NCBI GenBank assembly: GCA_038087875.1
Contig: CM075999.1
Location: 1,304,001-1,368,000, forward strand
Length of the DNA: 64,000 bases
Direction: 5' to 3'
DNA from: Malacoraja senta
Lineage: Eukaryota
The translations under genes and the position numbers were made by a program. This document shows positions 39,097 to 50,903 of the stretch, piece by piece (within the stretch, counting starts at the first letter, position 1; the number at the start of each line of letters is the position of its first letter). The notes below the pieces were generated by a model that had not been told where the DNA came from, searched no databases, and saw only the letters and a program-made list of their open reading frames with translations.

Positions 39097-41214
39097 GGTG
39101 GTGCAGCGGTAGAGTTGCTGCCTTACAGCGCCAGACACCCGTGTTCGATCCTGACTCCGGGTGCTGTCTGTATGGAGTTTGTACGTTTTCCCAGTGACCT
39201 GCTTAGGTTTGGTCCAGGGCTTCTAAATCCCCCACACTCCAAAGACGTACAGGTTTGTAGGTTAATGGGCTTGGTATAAATGTGAAACTGTCCCTGGTGT
39301 GTGTAGGATAACGTCAATGTGCAGGGATCGCTGGTCGGCATGGACTCGGTGGGCCGAAGGGCCTGTTTCCACGGTATATCTCTAAACTAAACGACTCCCT
39401 CAGTGTCTGTCTATATTATCCACTAGAGACTTATTAAATGTGACGAGAATGTCATCCACTGTTTGAACACTGGGGTTGCAGGTTACATGTGAAGGGAAAG
39501 GAATCCCTATGATGTCTTCAGTGAAATCATTTATGTTGTGAAGATATTTAATCTCCAAGCAAAGCATTGGGGTGACACAATAAGTGTAAAATTGTCCCTC
39601 GTGTGTGTAGGAAAGTGTTAATGTGCGGGGATTGTTGGTCGGTGCCGACTCGGTGGGCCGAAGGGCCTGTTTCCGCGCTGTATCTCTAAACCAAAACGAA
39701 CCAAGCATTTTATTTCTAGATTTTTCCCCCTCCATTTCTGTTCTCCTTCATTTGCAGCAGCTTCTACTCTGAAACATACGTTCACTTACAAGATCTGCAA
39801 CGCTAATCTTCCCACAAGTACACCAAAGAAACCGTGGCAAGGAGAGCCTGTCCCCAAACAACAGCTGGCATCTTGTGAACAATTACCAAGGTACCCTAGG
39901 AAAAGGCAAAGGGCAATCAATGATGCAGTAGCAACACATCTTATTTTAGTTTAATTTAGTTTAGAGATACAGTGCAGAAACAGGTCCTTCGGCCCACCGA
40001 GTCCGCACCGACCAGCGATCCCCGCACACTAACACTATCCTACACACGCTAGGGACCATTTACATTTATACCAAGCCAATTAACCTACAAACCTGCACAT
40101 CTTTGGAGTGTGGGAGCAAACCGAAGATCTCGGAGAAAACCCACGCTGTCACCAGGAGAACGTTCAAACTCCGGACGGACCGAGTCGGGATCGAACCCGG
40201 GTCCCCGGCGCTGCAAGGCAACAACCCTACCGCTGCGCCACTGTGCCACCCCATTATTACACCACAAACATGAAAAAATGCACTGTTTATCCACGCAAGC
40301 TGCTTATAACTGGCTAATTGCTATACTTGTTTTTACAGTTGGTTTAACATTTTTATTACCGCAATTTGACAAAGTAAAGACAATTTTAAAACTGTTCCAC
40401 ACATGCCAGGTTAACAGAGCTAGTTTAGAGATACAGCATTGAAACAGGACCTTTGGCCCACCAGGTCCACGCCGACTATCGATCATCCATTCGTACTAGC
40501 TTTTTTTATCCTGCTTTCCCATCTCGTCCATACACACTAGGGGCAATTTACAGAGGCCAATTAACCTGCACACCTGCATGTCTTTGGAATGTGGGAGGAA
40601 ACCGGAGCATCCGGAAACCCACATGGACACAGGGGGAACGTGCAAATTTCACACAGACACCACCCGAGTTCAGGATCGAACCTAGGTCTCTGGAGCCGTG
40701 AGGCAGCAGCTCTACCACTGTGTAACCCCAATGCTTTGCTTGGAGATGAAATATCTTCACAACATAAATGATTTCACTGAAGACGTCATAGAGATTCCAT
40801 TCCCTTCACATGTAACCTGCAACCCCAGTGTTCAAACAGTAGATGACATTCTCATCACATTTAATAAGTCTCTAGTTGATAATATAGATTGACACTGAGG
40901 GAGTCTTTTAGTTTAGTTTAGAGATATACCGTGGAAACGGGCCCTTTGGCCCACCGAGTCCGCACCGACCAGCGATCCCCGCACATTAACGCTATCCTAC
41001 ACACACTAAGGACAATTTGCAATTATACCAAGCCAATTAACCTACAAACCTGTACGTCTTTGGAGCGTGGAAGGAAACTGAAGATCTCTGAGAAAACCCA
41101 CGCGGTCTCAGGGAAAACGTACACACTCCGTACAGACAGCACCCATTGTCAGAATCGAACCCGGTTCTCTGGCGCTGTAAGGCAGCAACTCTACCGCTGC
41201 ATCACCGTGCGGCC
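39097..41214. mobile_element. Cluster of five HE1-like V-SINEs (+ 39097-39392, + 39581-39695, - 39945-40251, - 40420-40722, - 40906-41214)
   Basis: Family head, V-domain and tail motifs (the 39581 copy is tail only). Confidence 0.85.
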
Positions 41215-42281
41215 CTAACAATGCTGCATGGTCAAGTTCCACGTTTCAATACATTGCAGGATGAGATCATTCTTCCCATCGAATCAATGCCAGGTGACAG
41301 AGCAATCCCACTCCCCCACTGATCTTCCCTGGAACTCGTTCTCTCCAGATTCCCATCATAGCCACCCCCCACCTGCACTAGGCAGCCATTTAATCTCGCA
41401 ACCTACACACCAGGCCGTAGGTTTAAGGTGAAGGGGGAAAGATTTTATAGGAATCCGAGGGATAACTTTTTCACACAAAGGGTGGAGGGTGTATGGAAGG
41501 AGCTGCTGGAGGGGGTAGTTGAGTTAAGGAGCAATTAGACAGGAGAGGTTGAGAAGGATATGTGCCAAAAGCAGGCAGGTGGGACTCATGTAGATGGGAC
41601 ATGTTGGTCGGTGTGGGCAAGTTGGGCCAAAGGGCCTGATCCCATTCTGTATGATTCCATGACCTTTGGGATGTGCAGGAGAGTAGCAGAGCGCCCAGAG
41701 GAAAAAAGAAGAACATGCAGACTCCACACAAACAGTACTGGTGTCAGGATTAAACCCAGGCAGCTGGTGCTGTGAGGCAGCAGGTCAGCCATCTGTGCCA
41801 CTGGGCAGCACCTACGTGCCAACTTGTAAATGAAATGGCTCCTCCCGCCCATTACAATGCATGCCAATGTTGGCTGCATATCGTCTACCAATATCCTTCA
41901 CACAGCAACTCTGCTGCCAGTGGAACATACTCTGCGAAATAGTTTTGTGCTTGATTTAATGGACTCCTATTTAGCCATTTAAAATGGCAGTAATATAAAA
42001 AGGGGGTGAATTTTTTTAAGTGGATGAAGTGGCGTTACAGCACAGTACCAAAATCTGATGTAAAACTTGCACCAGACAGCAACTTTGGATATGAGATGTT
42101 AACTCTACAGATGGTGCCTCTGCTGAGAATTCAAAACATTATAAAGGAGACTTTAAGCTCATCATGTTTATCGCATAAACACCCAGGAAGTTAGACCATA
42201 CAGAGACCAGTAGTGATCTGAGAATATTTTCAGCTGGCCAATTCAAACAGAAACAGACCGTAACATCCCAGACAAGGATGT

Positions 42282-42523
42282 GCAGGAAGGAACTGCAGAT
42301 GCTGGTTTAAACCGAAGATAGACACAAAATGCTGGAGTAACTCAGCGGGACAGGCAGCATCTTTGGTGAGCAGGAATGGAATGATGTTTTGAGTCGAGAC
42401 CCTTCTTCAGACTTCACATTGTAGGTGTCTGAAGAAGGGTCTCGACACGAAACGTCACCCATTCCTTCTCTCCAGAGATGTTGCCTGTCCCACTGAGTTA
42501 CTCCAGCATTTTGTGTCTATCCT
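42282..42523. mobile_element. Foldback Penelope-terminus insertion
   Basis: Inverted arms of about 95 bp either side of 42411-42428, flanked by AGACAAGGA at 42270-42278 and 42524-42532. Confidence 0.75.
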
Positions 42524-42624
42524 AGACAAGGAGTGACTCAGTTCGCATCCATCTGCCACCACTGCGGTCTAGACAATGACTTTTGTTAAGCGTGAATACG
42601 AAAACAGAGACGCAATTTCCTGTA

Positions 42625-43016
42625 GTTGTTGTCCACCACCCAGCAGAGCGAGATGTCCGTCGGGGAATGTTGGCGACTGCAGGAGTACGTGCTGAGGGAC
42701 GCACTGAAGCTCGGTGCAGCCAACGCCAAGGCTCGGTGGGGGAGTACCACAGTCTAGGGTCCTTCCGCTGCTGGACATGGGGGGGCACGGTATGGTGGAG
42801 ACGCCCCTCAAAATAAGGGAAGGTATCCCACGCCAGGGCGCCACATGAGTGGCACGGGTGGGGGACAGATTTGTGAAATTTGAGAAATGTATGTAGACTG
42901 CATTGAACAATTTGTATAGCCTCCGAAAATGTCGGATGGATTTTTCGCACGGTTCATGTATTGTATATATTTATTACCCGAATAAAGTCTATTTTGAAAT
43001 AAAAAAATAAAAAAAA
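42625..43016 (+). mobile_element. Tx1/L1-clade LINE 3' end
   Basis: Encodes ..ECWRLQEYVLRDALKLGAANAKARWGSTTV*, then a 3' UTR with AATAAA and an A-tail. Flanked by TTCCTGTA at 42617-42624 and 43017-43024. Clade assignment is from recall. Confidence 0.7.
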
Positions 43017-43477
43017 TTCCTGTACAATGCTCCACTTGGGTTAAACCTGGGGATATTGCCATTTCCTGTTCTGTTGTAGTTGAACCAACCATCCATGGAA
43101 CTAGGACACAAGGCAGCAGTGAAATCTGCAGTCATGTCAGACACCATCAACAACCATTGATAAGATCGGTCAAGCAGAATTGGCCCTGGTCACGTATTAC
43201 TGCATCATAAATGTGCAGATTTCCTTTTGAGCCAATTGTGTCTGAGGAATACATTTGAAATCACATGTACTTTCCCAATTCATTCGTGTGCATTAGTGGC
43301 ACTCTCTTTCAAATCAAAAAGGTTGAGGGTTGAAGTTTCATTCCATGCCGATACAGCGGTGATCTCGGTGCTGGGCTGTGGGAACAATGCCTCAATAGAA
43401 GTGATATCCCTCAGAAAGGATGTTAAATCATGATCCCACCCATCTGCCCATTATCACAATGCTTCTTGAGCAATCTT

Positions 43478-43792
43478 ACGATACAATACGATACGATAGA
43501 ACTTTATTTATCCCAGGAGGGATATTGGTCTGCCAACAGTCATAAAACACAAGATACATGAGATTAAAGTGATGAGCGGAAAGGATTGGGGATGTGCAAA
43601 GATTGGGAGGGGGAGAGGCGGGGAAGCGGAGCTAGTCTACCCCATGACAGAAGGAGGAAGGAGTTGTACAGTTTGATAGGCTCAGGGAAAAAGGATCTCC
43701 TGTGGCGTTCTGTACTGCATCTTTGTGGAACCAGTCTGTTGCTGAAGGTACTCATCAGGTTGACCAGTGTGTCACGGAGGGGGTGAGCTGTA
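43478..43792 (-). mobile_element. Rex1-like LINE 3' end
   Basis: AHPLRDTL..STFSNRLVPQRCSTERHRRSFFPEPIKLYN and an (ATCGT)n tail. Confidence 0.75.
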
Positions 43793-43798
43793 TTTAGG

Positions 43799-44204
43799 AG
43801 ATTGAGAGGGGATCTTATAGAAACGTACAAAATTCTTATGGGGTTGGACAGGCTAGATGCAGGAAGATTGTTCCCGATGTTGGGGAAGTCCAGGACAAGG
43901 GGTCACAGCTTAAGGATAAGGGGGAAATCCTTTAAGACCGAGATGAGGAAAAACTTTTTCACACAGAGAGTGGTGAATCTCTGGAACTCTCTGCCACAGA
44001 GGGTAGTTGAGGCCAGTTCATTGGCTATATTTAAGAGGGAGTTAGATGTGGCCCTTGTAGCTAAGGGGATCAGGGGGTATGGAGAGAAGGCAGGTACGGG
44101 ATACTGAGTTGGATGATCAGCCATGATCATATTGAATGGCGGTGCAGGCTCGAAGGGCCGAATGGCCTACTCCTGCACCTATTTTCTATGTATCTATGTA
44201 TCTA
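43799..44204 (+). mobile_element. CR1-like LINE 3' end (ORF2 C-terminus uninterrupted)
   Basis: RGDLIETYKIL.GLDRLDAG..SRTRGHSL..FFTQRVVNLWNSLP..GIRGYGEKAGTGY*. Confidence 0.92.
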
Positions 44205-44366
44205 CGTATTGTCCAAGGTGCTCCGCAGTTTGAGGAGCATCCTCCCCTCCAAGACCACCTCCCATGAATCCAACTCCACCCCCCCCCCCCCAGGACAAAG
44301 CCAGACTTCCTGACTTCACACAAGTCGGCTCCAGGTTACAACATTGCCTCAGACCTGAAACATTAA

Positions 44367-44447
44367 AGGGCCTGTCCCACGAGCCCTCAAGCGACCACGT
44401 TTGGTCGTGCTAGACGCATGCAATCGTATGCTGGTGGGACAGGCCCT
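44367..44447. mobile_element. Very short MITE (81 bp)
   Basis: AGGGCCTGTCCCAC / GTGGGACAGGCCCT TIRs, flanked by TAA / GAA. Confidence 0.75.
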
Positions 44448-44721
44448 GAACACTGTTTCTCTTTCCACAGATGCTACCTCACCTGCTCGACATCTCCATC
44501 AATTTCAGTTTCTATTTGTGTTGGGGTTTTCCCCCCCATTTACCGCATCGTGCCATTTCTTTCGTGACTTCAGGATGTTGCAAATTGCTTTTGAACCTAC
44601 AAAGTACATTTTTTGAAAGCCACTCGCTGTTGTAATGCAGCAGATCCAGCAATTAGTTCATGCATCAACTCCCACACACAGCTAATTGATAATGATTAGG
44701 TCACCACTGATTTTATTGATG

Positions 44722-44894
44722 TTCAAGAAAGAACTGGAGATGCTGGAAAGTCGAAGGTAGACAAAATCTATGGAGCGAAGGAAATAGGCAACGTTTCGGG
44801 CTGAAACCCAAAGGGTTTCAGCCCAAAACGTTGCCTATTTCCTTCGCTCCATAGATGCTGCCGCACCCGCTGAGTTTCTCCAGCAATTTTGTCT
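44722..44894. mobile_element. Foldback Penelope-terminus insertion with about 19-bp TSD
   Basis: Palindromic centre ggcaacgtttcgggctgaaaccc-aaa-gggtttcagcccaaaacgttgcc. ACCACTGATTTTATTGATG at 44703-44721 and 44895-44913. Confidence 0.8.
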
Positions 44895-46453
44895 ACCACT
44901 GATTTTATTGATGCTGATTAAGGCATAAATATCTGCCAGGACTCTGGTGAGAATTGGCCCTTTGGAAGTAATTCAGTTGACTGCAATGGGTCAGATATCA
45001 AGGCAAGGGAATGAACAGGTTTAAGGTGAAGGGTTAATGACTTAATAGGAATCTGAGGGGTAACCTTTTCACACAAAGGGTGGTGGGTGTATGGACCAAG
45101 CTGCCAGAGGAGGTAGTTGAGGCAGGGACTATCCCAACGTTTAAGAAACAGTTAGACAGGTACATGGATAGGACAGGTTTGGAGGGATATGGACCAAACG
45201 CAGGCAGGTGGGACTTGTGTAGCTGGGCCATGTGGGCTGGTGTGGGCAAGTTGGGCCGAAGGGCCTGTTTCCACACTGTATCACTTTATGACTCAATCAA
45301 TGATTAACAGAGACTTGCTCTAAACTGTGGTTTGGATTGGGTTAACTGATCTCTGCCCTTGTGTCATCACCGTATGATTGTATTTTGGTCTTGAGGGCGA
45401 GAGGGAAGGAAAATGTGTGGCCAGCTTTCTTGTAGGAACAAGAAACTGCAGATGCTGGTTAATACACAATAGACAATAGACAATAGGTGCAGGAGTAGGC
45501 CATTCGGCCCTTCGAGCCAGCACCGCCATTCAATGTGATCATGGCTGATCATCCCCAATCAGTACCCCGTCCCTGCCTTCTCCCCATATCCCCTGACTCC
45601 GCTATTTTTAAGATGACTTAAGATGACACAAAAGAACACAAAGTGTGAGAGTAACTCCGCAGTCAGGCAGCATCTCTGGAGAACATAGAAAGGGACCCAA
45701 AACATCAGCTACCCCAGTGTCAAGAGTGTTTTATTGTCTTATGTCCCAAAACGGAACAATGAAATTCTTACTTGCAGCAGCACAACAGATGTGTAAATAT
45801 AGTACTGTAAAACCCATAATAAACAACAAAAAAGTAATATATATATATATATATAAACACAAGCAAACAAATGAACAAACAATCAAAGTGCATTATTCCA
45901 TGTTTTACATATCCATGTTCTCCAGAGATGCTGCCTGACCTGCTGTTCCTCCAGCATTTTGTGCCCTTGTCTTGATTAGTGACGGTGTCAGGGGTTATGG
46001 GGCGAAAGCAAGAGAACGGGGTTGAGAGTGAAAGATAGGCCACGATTGAATGGCAGAATAGACTTGATGGGCCGAATGGTCTAATTCTGCTCCTAGAACT
46101 TATGGCCAGCTTTCTTTCCTGAGCTGTATCGGGTGCACCAGAGTGTCCAGGGTTGTAAAGCTGGAGACAATTTGACACAGGGCAACAAGACATCCCAAGG
46201 CCAAAAAGTCTGTCAAAGTTCCCCAGGGAGCAACAGCATGCGTGGAAGTCACCTGTGGAATTCGGCAAAGGGTTCCGACCCGAAGCAGTCATCCATTCCC
46301 TTTCTCCAGAGATGCTGCCTGACCCGCTAAATTACTCCAGCATATTGTGTCTATCCGCTGAGGCACAAATAAGTCTCTGCGGGACAGGATGCAATTGTTC
46401 CACAAACGATCACAACTGTAATAATTAATTTTGTTGCTTTCTCTTTTTCGCAG

Positions 46454-46809
46454 GTACACAAAAATGAAAACGGCCACCAATATTTACATCTTCAATCTTG
46501 CTCTGGCTGATGCCTTAGCCACGAGCACGCTGCCGTTCCAGAGCGCTAAATATCTGATGCATACCTGGCCCTTTGGGGAGGTGTTGTGCAAGATCATTAT
46601 ATCAATTGATTACTACAATATGTTCACCAGCATCTTCACCCTGACTATGATGAGCGTGGATCGCTACATTGCCGTCTGCCACCCCGTGAAGGCGCTGGAT
46701 TTCCGCACGCCCACCAACGCGAAGATCGTCAATGTCTGCATGTGGCTGCTGTCATCAGCCATCGGGGTGCCAGTCATGGTCATGGCTATCACCAGGCCTG
46801 ATGGCAAGG
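46454..46809 (+). CDS. OPRD1: Delta opioid receptor, coding exon 2 (ICL1 to TM4)
   Basis: Acceptor tttttcgcag|G, donor G|gtaagt. Encodes [82 protein letters not shown], with opioid D3.32, the DRY motif and delta-type SAKYLM. 356 nt, phase-compatible with exons 1 and 3. Confidence 0.97.
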
Positions 46810-46944
46810 GTAAGTGCAACCACACCAGAACATGGTGGTCACCTCAGCACACAGACGGTGAAGAGGTTTCATGTGGAAAAATCATATAGGCTTTTGATAG
46901 ATCAACTAAGGAAAAAATATCTCCACTGGAAAGGGAGGTGCTAA

Positions 46945-47107
46945 ACATAGAAGATAGGTGCAGGAGTAGGCCATTCGAACCTTCGAGCCAGCTCCGCCAT
47001 TGAACATGATCATGGCTGATCATCCAATATCACTACCCCGTTCCTGCTTTCACCCCATATCCCTTGATTCCGTTAGCCCTAAGAGCTCTATCTAACTCTC
47101 TCTTGAA
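46945..47107 (-). mobile_element. CR1-like tail
   Basis: Reverse complement of the family tail; other tails at about 36592-36815, 45015-45292, 45468-45610, 52300-53170 and 53718-54005. Confidence 0.8.
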
Positions 47108-48064
47108 CAAGGCCACATAGATTTAACGGTCCACTATTACTTTGTGTACAAAGTAGGTACAGTGAAAAGCTTTTGTTGTGTGCTAACCAGTCAGCGGTAA
47201 GACAATACATGATTACAATCAGGTCAATCGCGGTGTACAGATACATGAAAAAGGGAATAACGTTTAGTGCTGGATAGAGCCAGTAACGTCTGATCAAAGA
47301 TAATCCGATGGTCTCCAATGAGGGGTAGATGGTAGTTTGGGACTGCTCTCTAGTTGTTGGTGGGATGGTTCAGTTGCCTTATAACAGCTGGGAAGAAGCT
47401 GTCCCTGAATCTGGAGGTGTGCGTTTTCACACTTCTGTGCCTTTTGCCCGAAGGGAGAGGGGAGAAGAAGGAGTAACTAGGTTGCGTGTCGTCCTTGCAC
47501 CAGAAGAACAAAGCAATTCAACAAGGCTGTTTGTCATTAGCTTCTCGAGGGTAATTAGGGATGGCCAATAAACATTGGTATTGTCAGCGCTACACTGATT
47601 CCAGTTAATGAATAAATAAAAAAAGAATTGTAAAGAAGTCAAGTTGAAGAAGCCCCTTGACAAGGAGAGTCCATTTCCAAGAATCAAGCCTGTTCCGTGC
47701 ATTTTCATGCTCTCAGCTTCCCTGGTCCCTGCACACTTGTCATTTAAAGTGTTTTGATAGGGAAAATTAGAACACAACATCTTCACTGCAACAATGCGAT
47801 CAATGGGCAAAAATAGCAGTCAGATTATTTACCATCTTTGTAATGGTATGACCATCCCCATATTGGTCAGGGTCTTTTGTACGATAGATTCACAGTCATA
47901 CAGCACAGAAGCAGGCCCTTCAGCCCAATTCGTCCATGCCGTCACAAGATGCCCATGGCTGAAGCCTTCCCTGTTTCAAGTGGGAGATTGCTTTTAAGAT
48001 ACATAGAAAATAGGTGAAGGAGTAGGCCATTCAGCCCTTCGAGCAAGCACCGCCATTCAATATG

Positions 48065-48470
48065 GATGAAGGGGGATCTTATAGAAACATATAAAATTAT
48101 AAAAGGACTGGACAAGCTAGATGCAGGAAAAATGTTCCCAATGTGGGGCAAGTCCAGAACCAGGGGCCACAGTCTTAGAACAAAGAGGAGGTCATTTAAG
48201 ACTGAGGTGAGAAAAAACGTTTTCACCCAGAGAGTTGTGAATTTATGGAATTCCCTGCCACAGAGGGCAGTGGAGGCCAAGTCACTGGATGAATTTAAGA
48301 GAGAGTTAGATAGAGCTCTAGGGGCTAGTGGAGTCAAGGGATATGGGGAGAAGTCAGGCACGGGTTGTTGATTGGGGACGATCAGCCATGATCACAATGA
48401 ATGGTGGTGCTGGCTCGAAGGGCCAAATGGCCTCCTCCTGCACCTATTTTCTATGTTTCTGTTTCTATGT
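48065..48470 (+). mobile_element. CR1-like LINE 3' end nested in an antisense CR1 tail (47997-48580), OPRD1 intron 2
   Basis: ORF 48066-48371; AATATG duplicated at 48059-48064 and 48471-48476. Confidence 0.9.
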
Positions 48471-48929
48471 AATATGATCATGGCTGATCATCCAAAATCA
48501 GTACCCCGTTTCTGCTTTTCCCCCCATATCCCTTGATTCCGTTAGCCCTAAGAGCTATATCTAACTCTCTCTTGAATACACATTGGGGTAATACATTTTA
48601 CCTCTTTCCTTCACCAGTCTAACATTTTATTCATGGGTTGTAAATGCCATTGCTATATCTTGAGCTCATGAAAAGGTCATCTAAATCTAAGTCTATTCCC
48701 ATTCCATTTTGAATATCCTTAACTTTTAATAAAAGTCCTCTGGGAAAACGTTCACAGCATGATCTGCAATGGTTTCAATAAATATGAAGCCCATATCATA
48801 TTCTCAAGGGCATTGAAGTTGTGAAGAACAAGCAATATTCTTGCCTGCAATACCACATTCTCATGGAGTGAGTGCATTTAATAACATTTACCGTACCTTT
48901 CATGTGCATTTATCTTTCTTCACTTCTAG

Positions 48930-49456
48930 GCAGTGTGATGTGTCTCGTTCAATTCCCAGAGCCCAAAACCTACTGGGAAAACGTAACCAAAATTTGCGTC
49001 TTCATATTTGCCTTTGTCATCCCGGTGTTGGTGATCACCATCTGCTACAGCCTGATGATTCTACGTCTGAGAAGTGTCCGCCTCCTCTCGGGCTCCAAAG
49101 AGAAGGACAGGAACCTGCGGAGGATCACCCGGATGGTCCTCATAGTGGTGGCCATCTTCATCATCTGCTGGACGCCCATTCACATCTTCGTCATGGTCAA
49201 GGCCCTGGTGAAAGTCAGCGATAGCCCCTTGATGTCCGTCAGCTGGCACTTCTGCATTGCCCTCGGCTACACCAACAGCTGCCTCAACCCTGTGCTCTAC
49301 GCCTTCCTGGACGAGAACTTCAAGCGCTACTTCCGCGGGTTCTGCCTGCCCCTGCGGACCAGGTTGGAGGATAACAGCTTCACTCGAGCCAGGAAGACCA
49401 CCAGGGAATCGGTTTGCGCCTGCACTCCTTCTGACATCGCCAACAAGCCGGTATGA
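48930..49456 (+). CDS. OPRD1: Delta opioid receptor, coding exon 3 (ECL2 to C-tail, stop TGA 49454-49456)
   Basis: Acceptor tttcttcacttctag|G. Encodes [56 protein letters not shown] and a delta-type tail ([17 protein letters not shown]). With one base restored in exon 1 the spliced CDS is 266+356+527=1149 nt (382 aa). Confidence 0.96.
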
Positions 49457-49560
49457 CTAGGCGTGATCAAGCCCGCCAAGGGCTTGTACTCTCGGAGAGA
49501 ACAGGACCTGAATTCTGAAGTCACGCAAATTACAACTGAGTTTTAACTATTAATATTTCA

Positions 49561-49566
49561 AATAAA
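49561..49566 (+). terminator. Candidate proximal polyadenylation signal (AATAAA) of OPRD1
   Basis: AATAAA about 105 nt after the stop. A repeat-free AT-rich tract with further ATTAAA hexamers continues to about 50580, so the true 3' end may lie further downstream. Confidence 0.4.
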
Positions 49567-50590
49567 GTCTGATTGATTGTAATTTAAATCTTTATGAAAG
49601 AGAAAAAAAAGCATTGACTTACTTGCCTCAGTTTACCAGGGAGTTTAGATCACACTGTAATCTTGTTAAATTTTCATTTAAACAGTTTAAGTGATTGCTT
49701 GTAACAAGGAAAAATAACAGCAATTATTTTTACATAGGAAGCTTATATGTATATATATATATATATATAAACACTATATATATAGCCTTTGGCACAAAGG
49801 TATACTTTTTTGAAGAAGTTGCCTTGTTTCAATGTGTCAGGGTTGTTGACTTGATGTTAAAGTTTTCTAACTTTTGTTGGAAAAATGGAATTAAACATCA
49901 TTTACTTGCAATTATCATAATTACACAAGTTACTTTAGACTTCTCATTAAACGTTGATTAAATGTATCTCCCTGCATTGAATTGTGTATATGTTTTCATG
50001 CAGTCTCTGCAGAGATTTGATTATCTTCTTAAAGGAATGTCGGCAGATCTGATATCTCTATTGCTGCTGACGACCCTTTTATGAAACAATGGCCTTGTTT
50101 CCTTAGAACCATTCTCAAACATAAAAGGACATGAAAGTGCATCACTTAACGGCAAAGACTAAAAATGAGTTGCTGCTATCTCTCTGTAGTAATATTCTGA
50201 TGCAAACATGGGACTTGTTTGAAATTCAGCAGCTGGACTGATGTCAAGGAGAAATTTATTTGTTAATATTTTATAACGCTATAAATGTGGCTGAAGTTAT
50301 TGCTGTAAAAAACGAGTTGAGATATGTATCTTATTTCTGGCATTGTAAACACATTGATTAAAGAGTTGATCACATTTTCTCCTGCCAAGCTTTATTCCTC
50401 TCCAGTAACATATCATCCTGGCCTGTGATGTTTGGCCATAGGCCCTATACTACAGCAGTGTGCTTTGATTATGGACATTAGTTCTTTGCTTAGCGCTATC
50501 TTGCAGAGTGCTCTTGTAGAGCTCTTCGCCCATGGGAAAAATATTTGAAAATAATTTGAAAACGAAAGCACGAGTTTCCAGATGACAAGA

Positions 50591-50903
50591 TTTAGTTTAG
50601 AGATGCAGCGTGGAAATGGGCTCTTCGGCCCACCGAATCCACGCCGACCATCGATCCCTCATATACTAGTTCTAAGTCGTCCCACTTTTGGATCCTACAC
50701 ACTAGGGGCAATTTATAGAAGTCAATCAACCTACAAGCCTGTACGTCTTTGGAATGTGGGAAGGAAACTGGAGCACCCGGAGAAAACCCGCGCAGTTACA
50801 TGGAGAACGTATAAACTCCGCACAGGCAGCACCAGTAGTCAGGATCGTTCCCTGGTCTCTGGTGCTGCTAGGCAGCAGCCCCACCCCTGCGCTACTGTAC
50901 CGC
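50591..50903 (-). mobile_element. HE1-like V-SINE
   Basis: Full-length reverse copy; a plus copy lies at about 51463-51761. Confidence 0.8.

Noticed and set aside
46431..49456. Assignment as mu (OPRM1), kappa or nociceptin receptor
   Set aside because: Despite the mu-like ECL3/TM7, the [11 protein letters not shown]1, SAKYLM, VTKICVF, ACTPSD tail and RCC1 linkage favour delta. A tree is needed for certainty.
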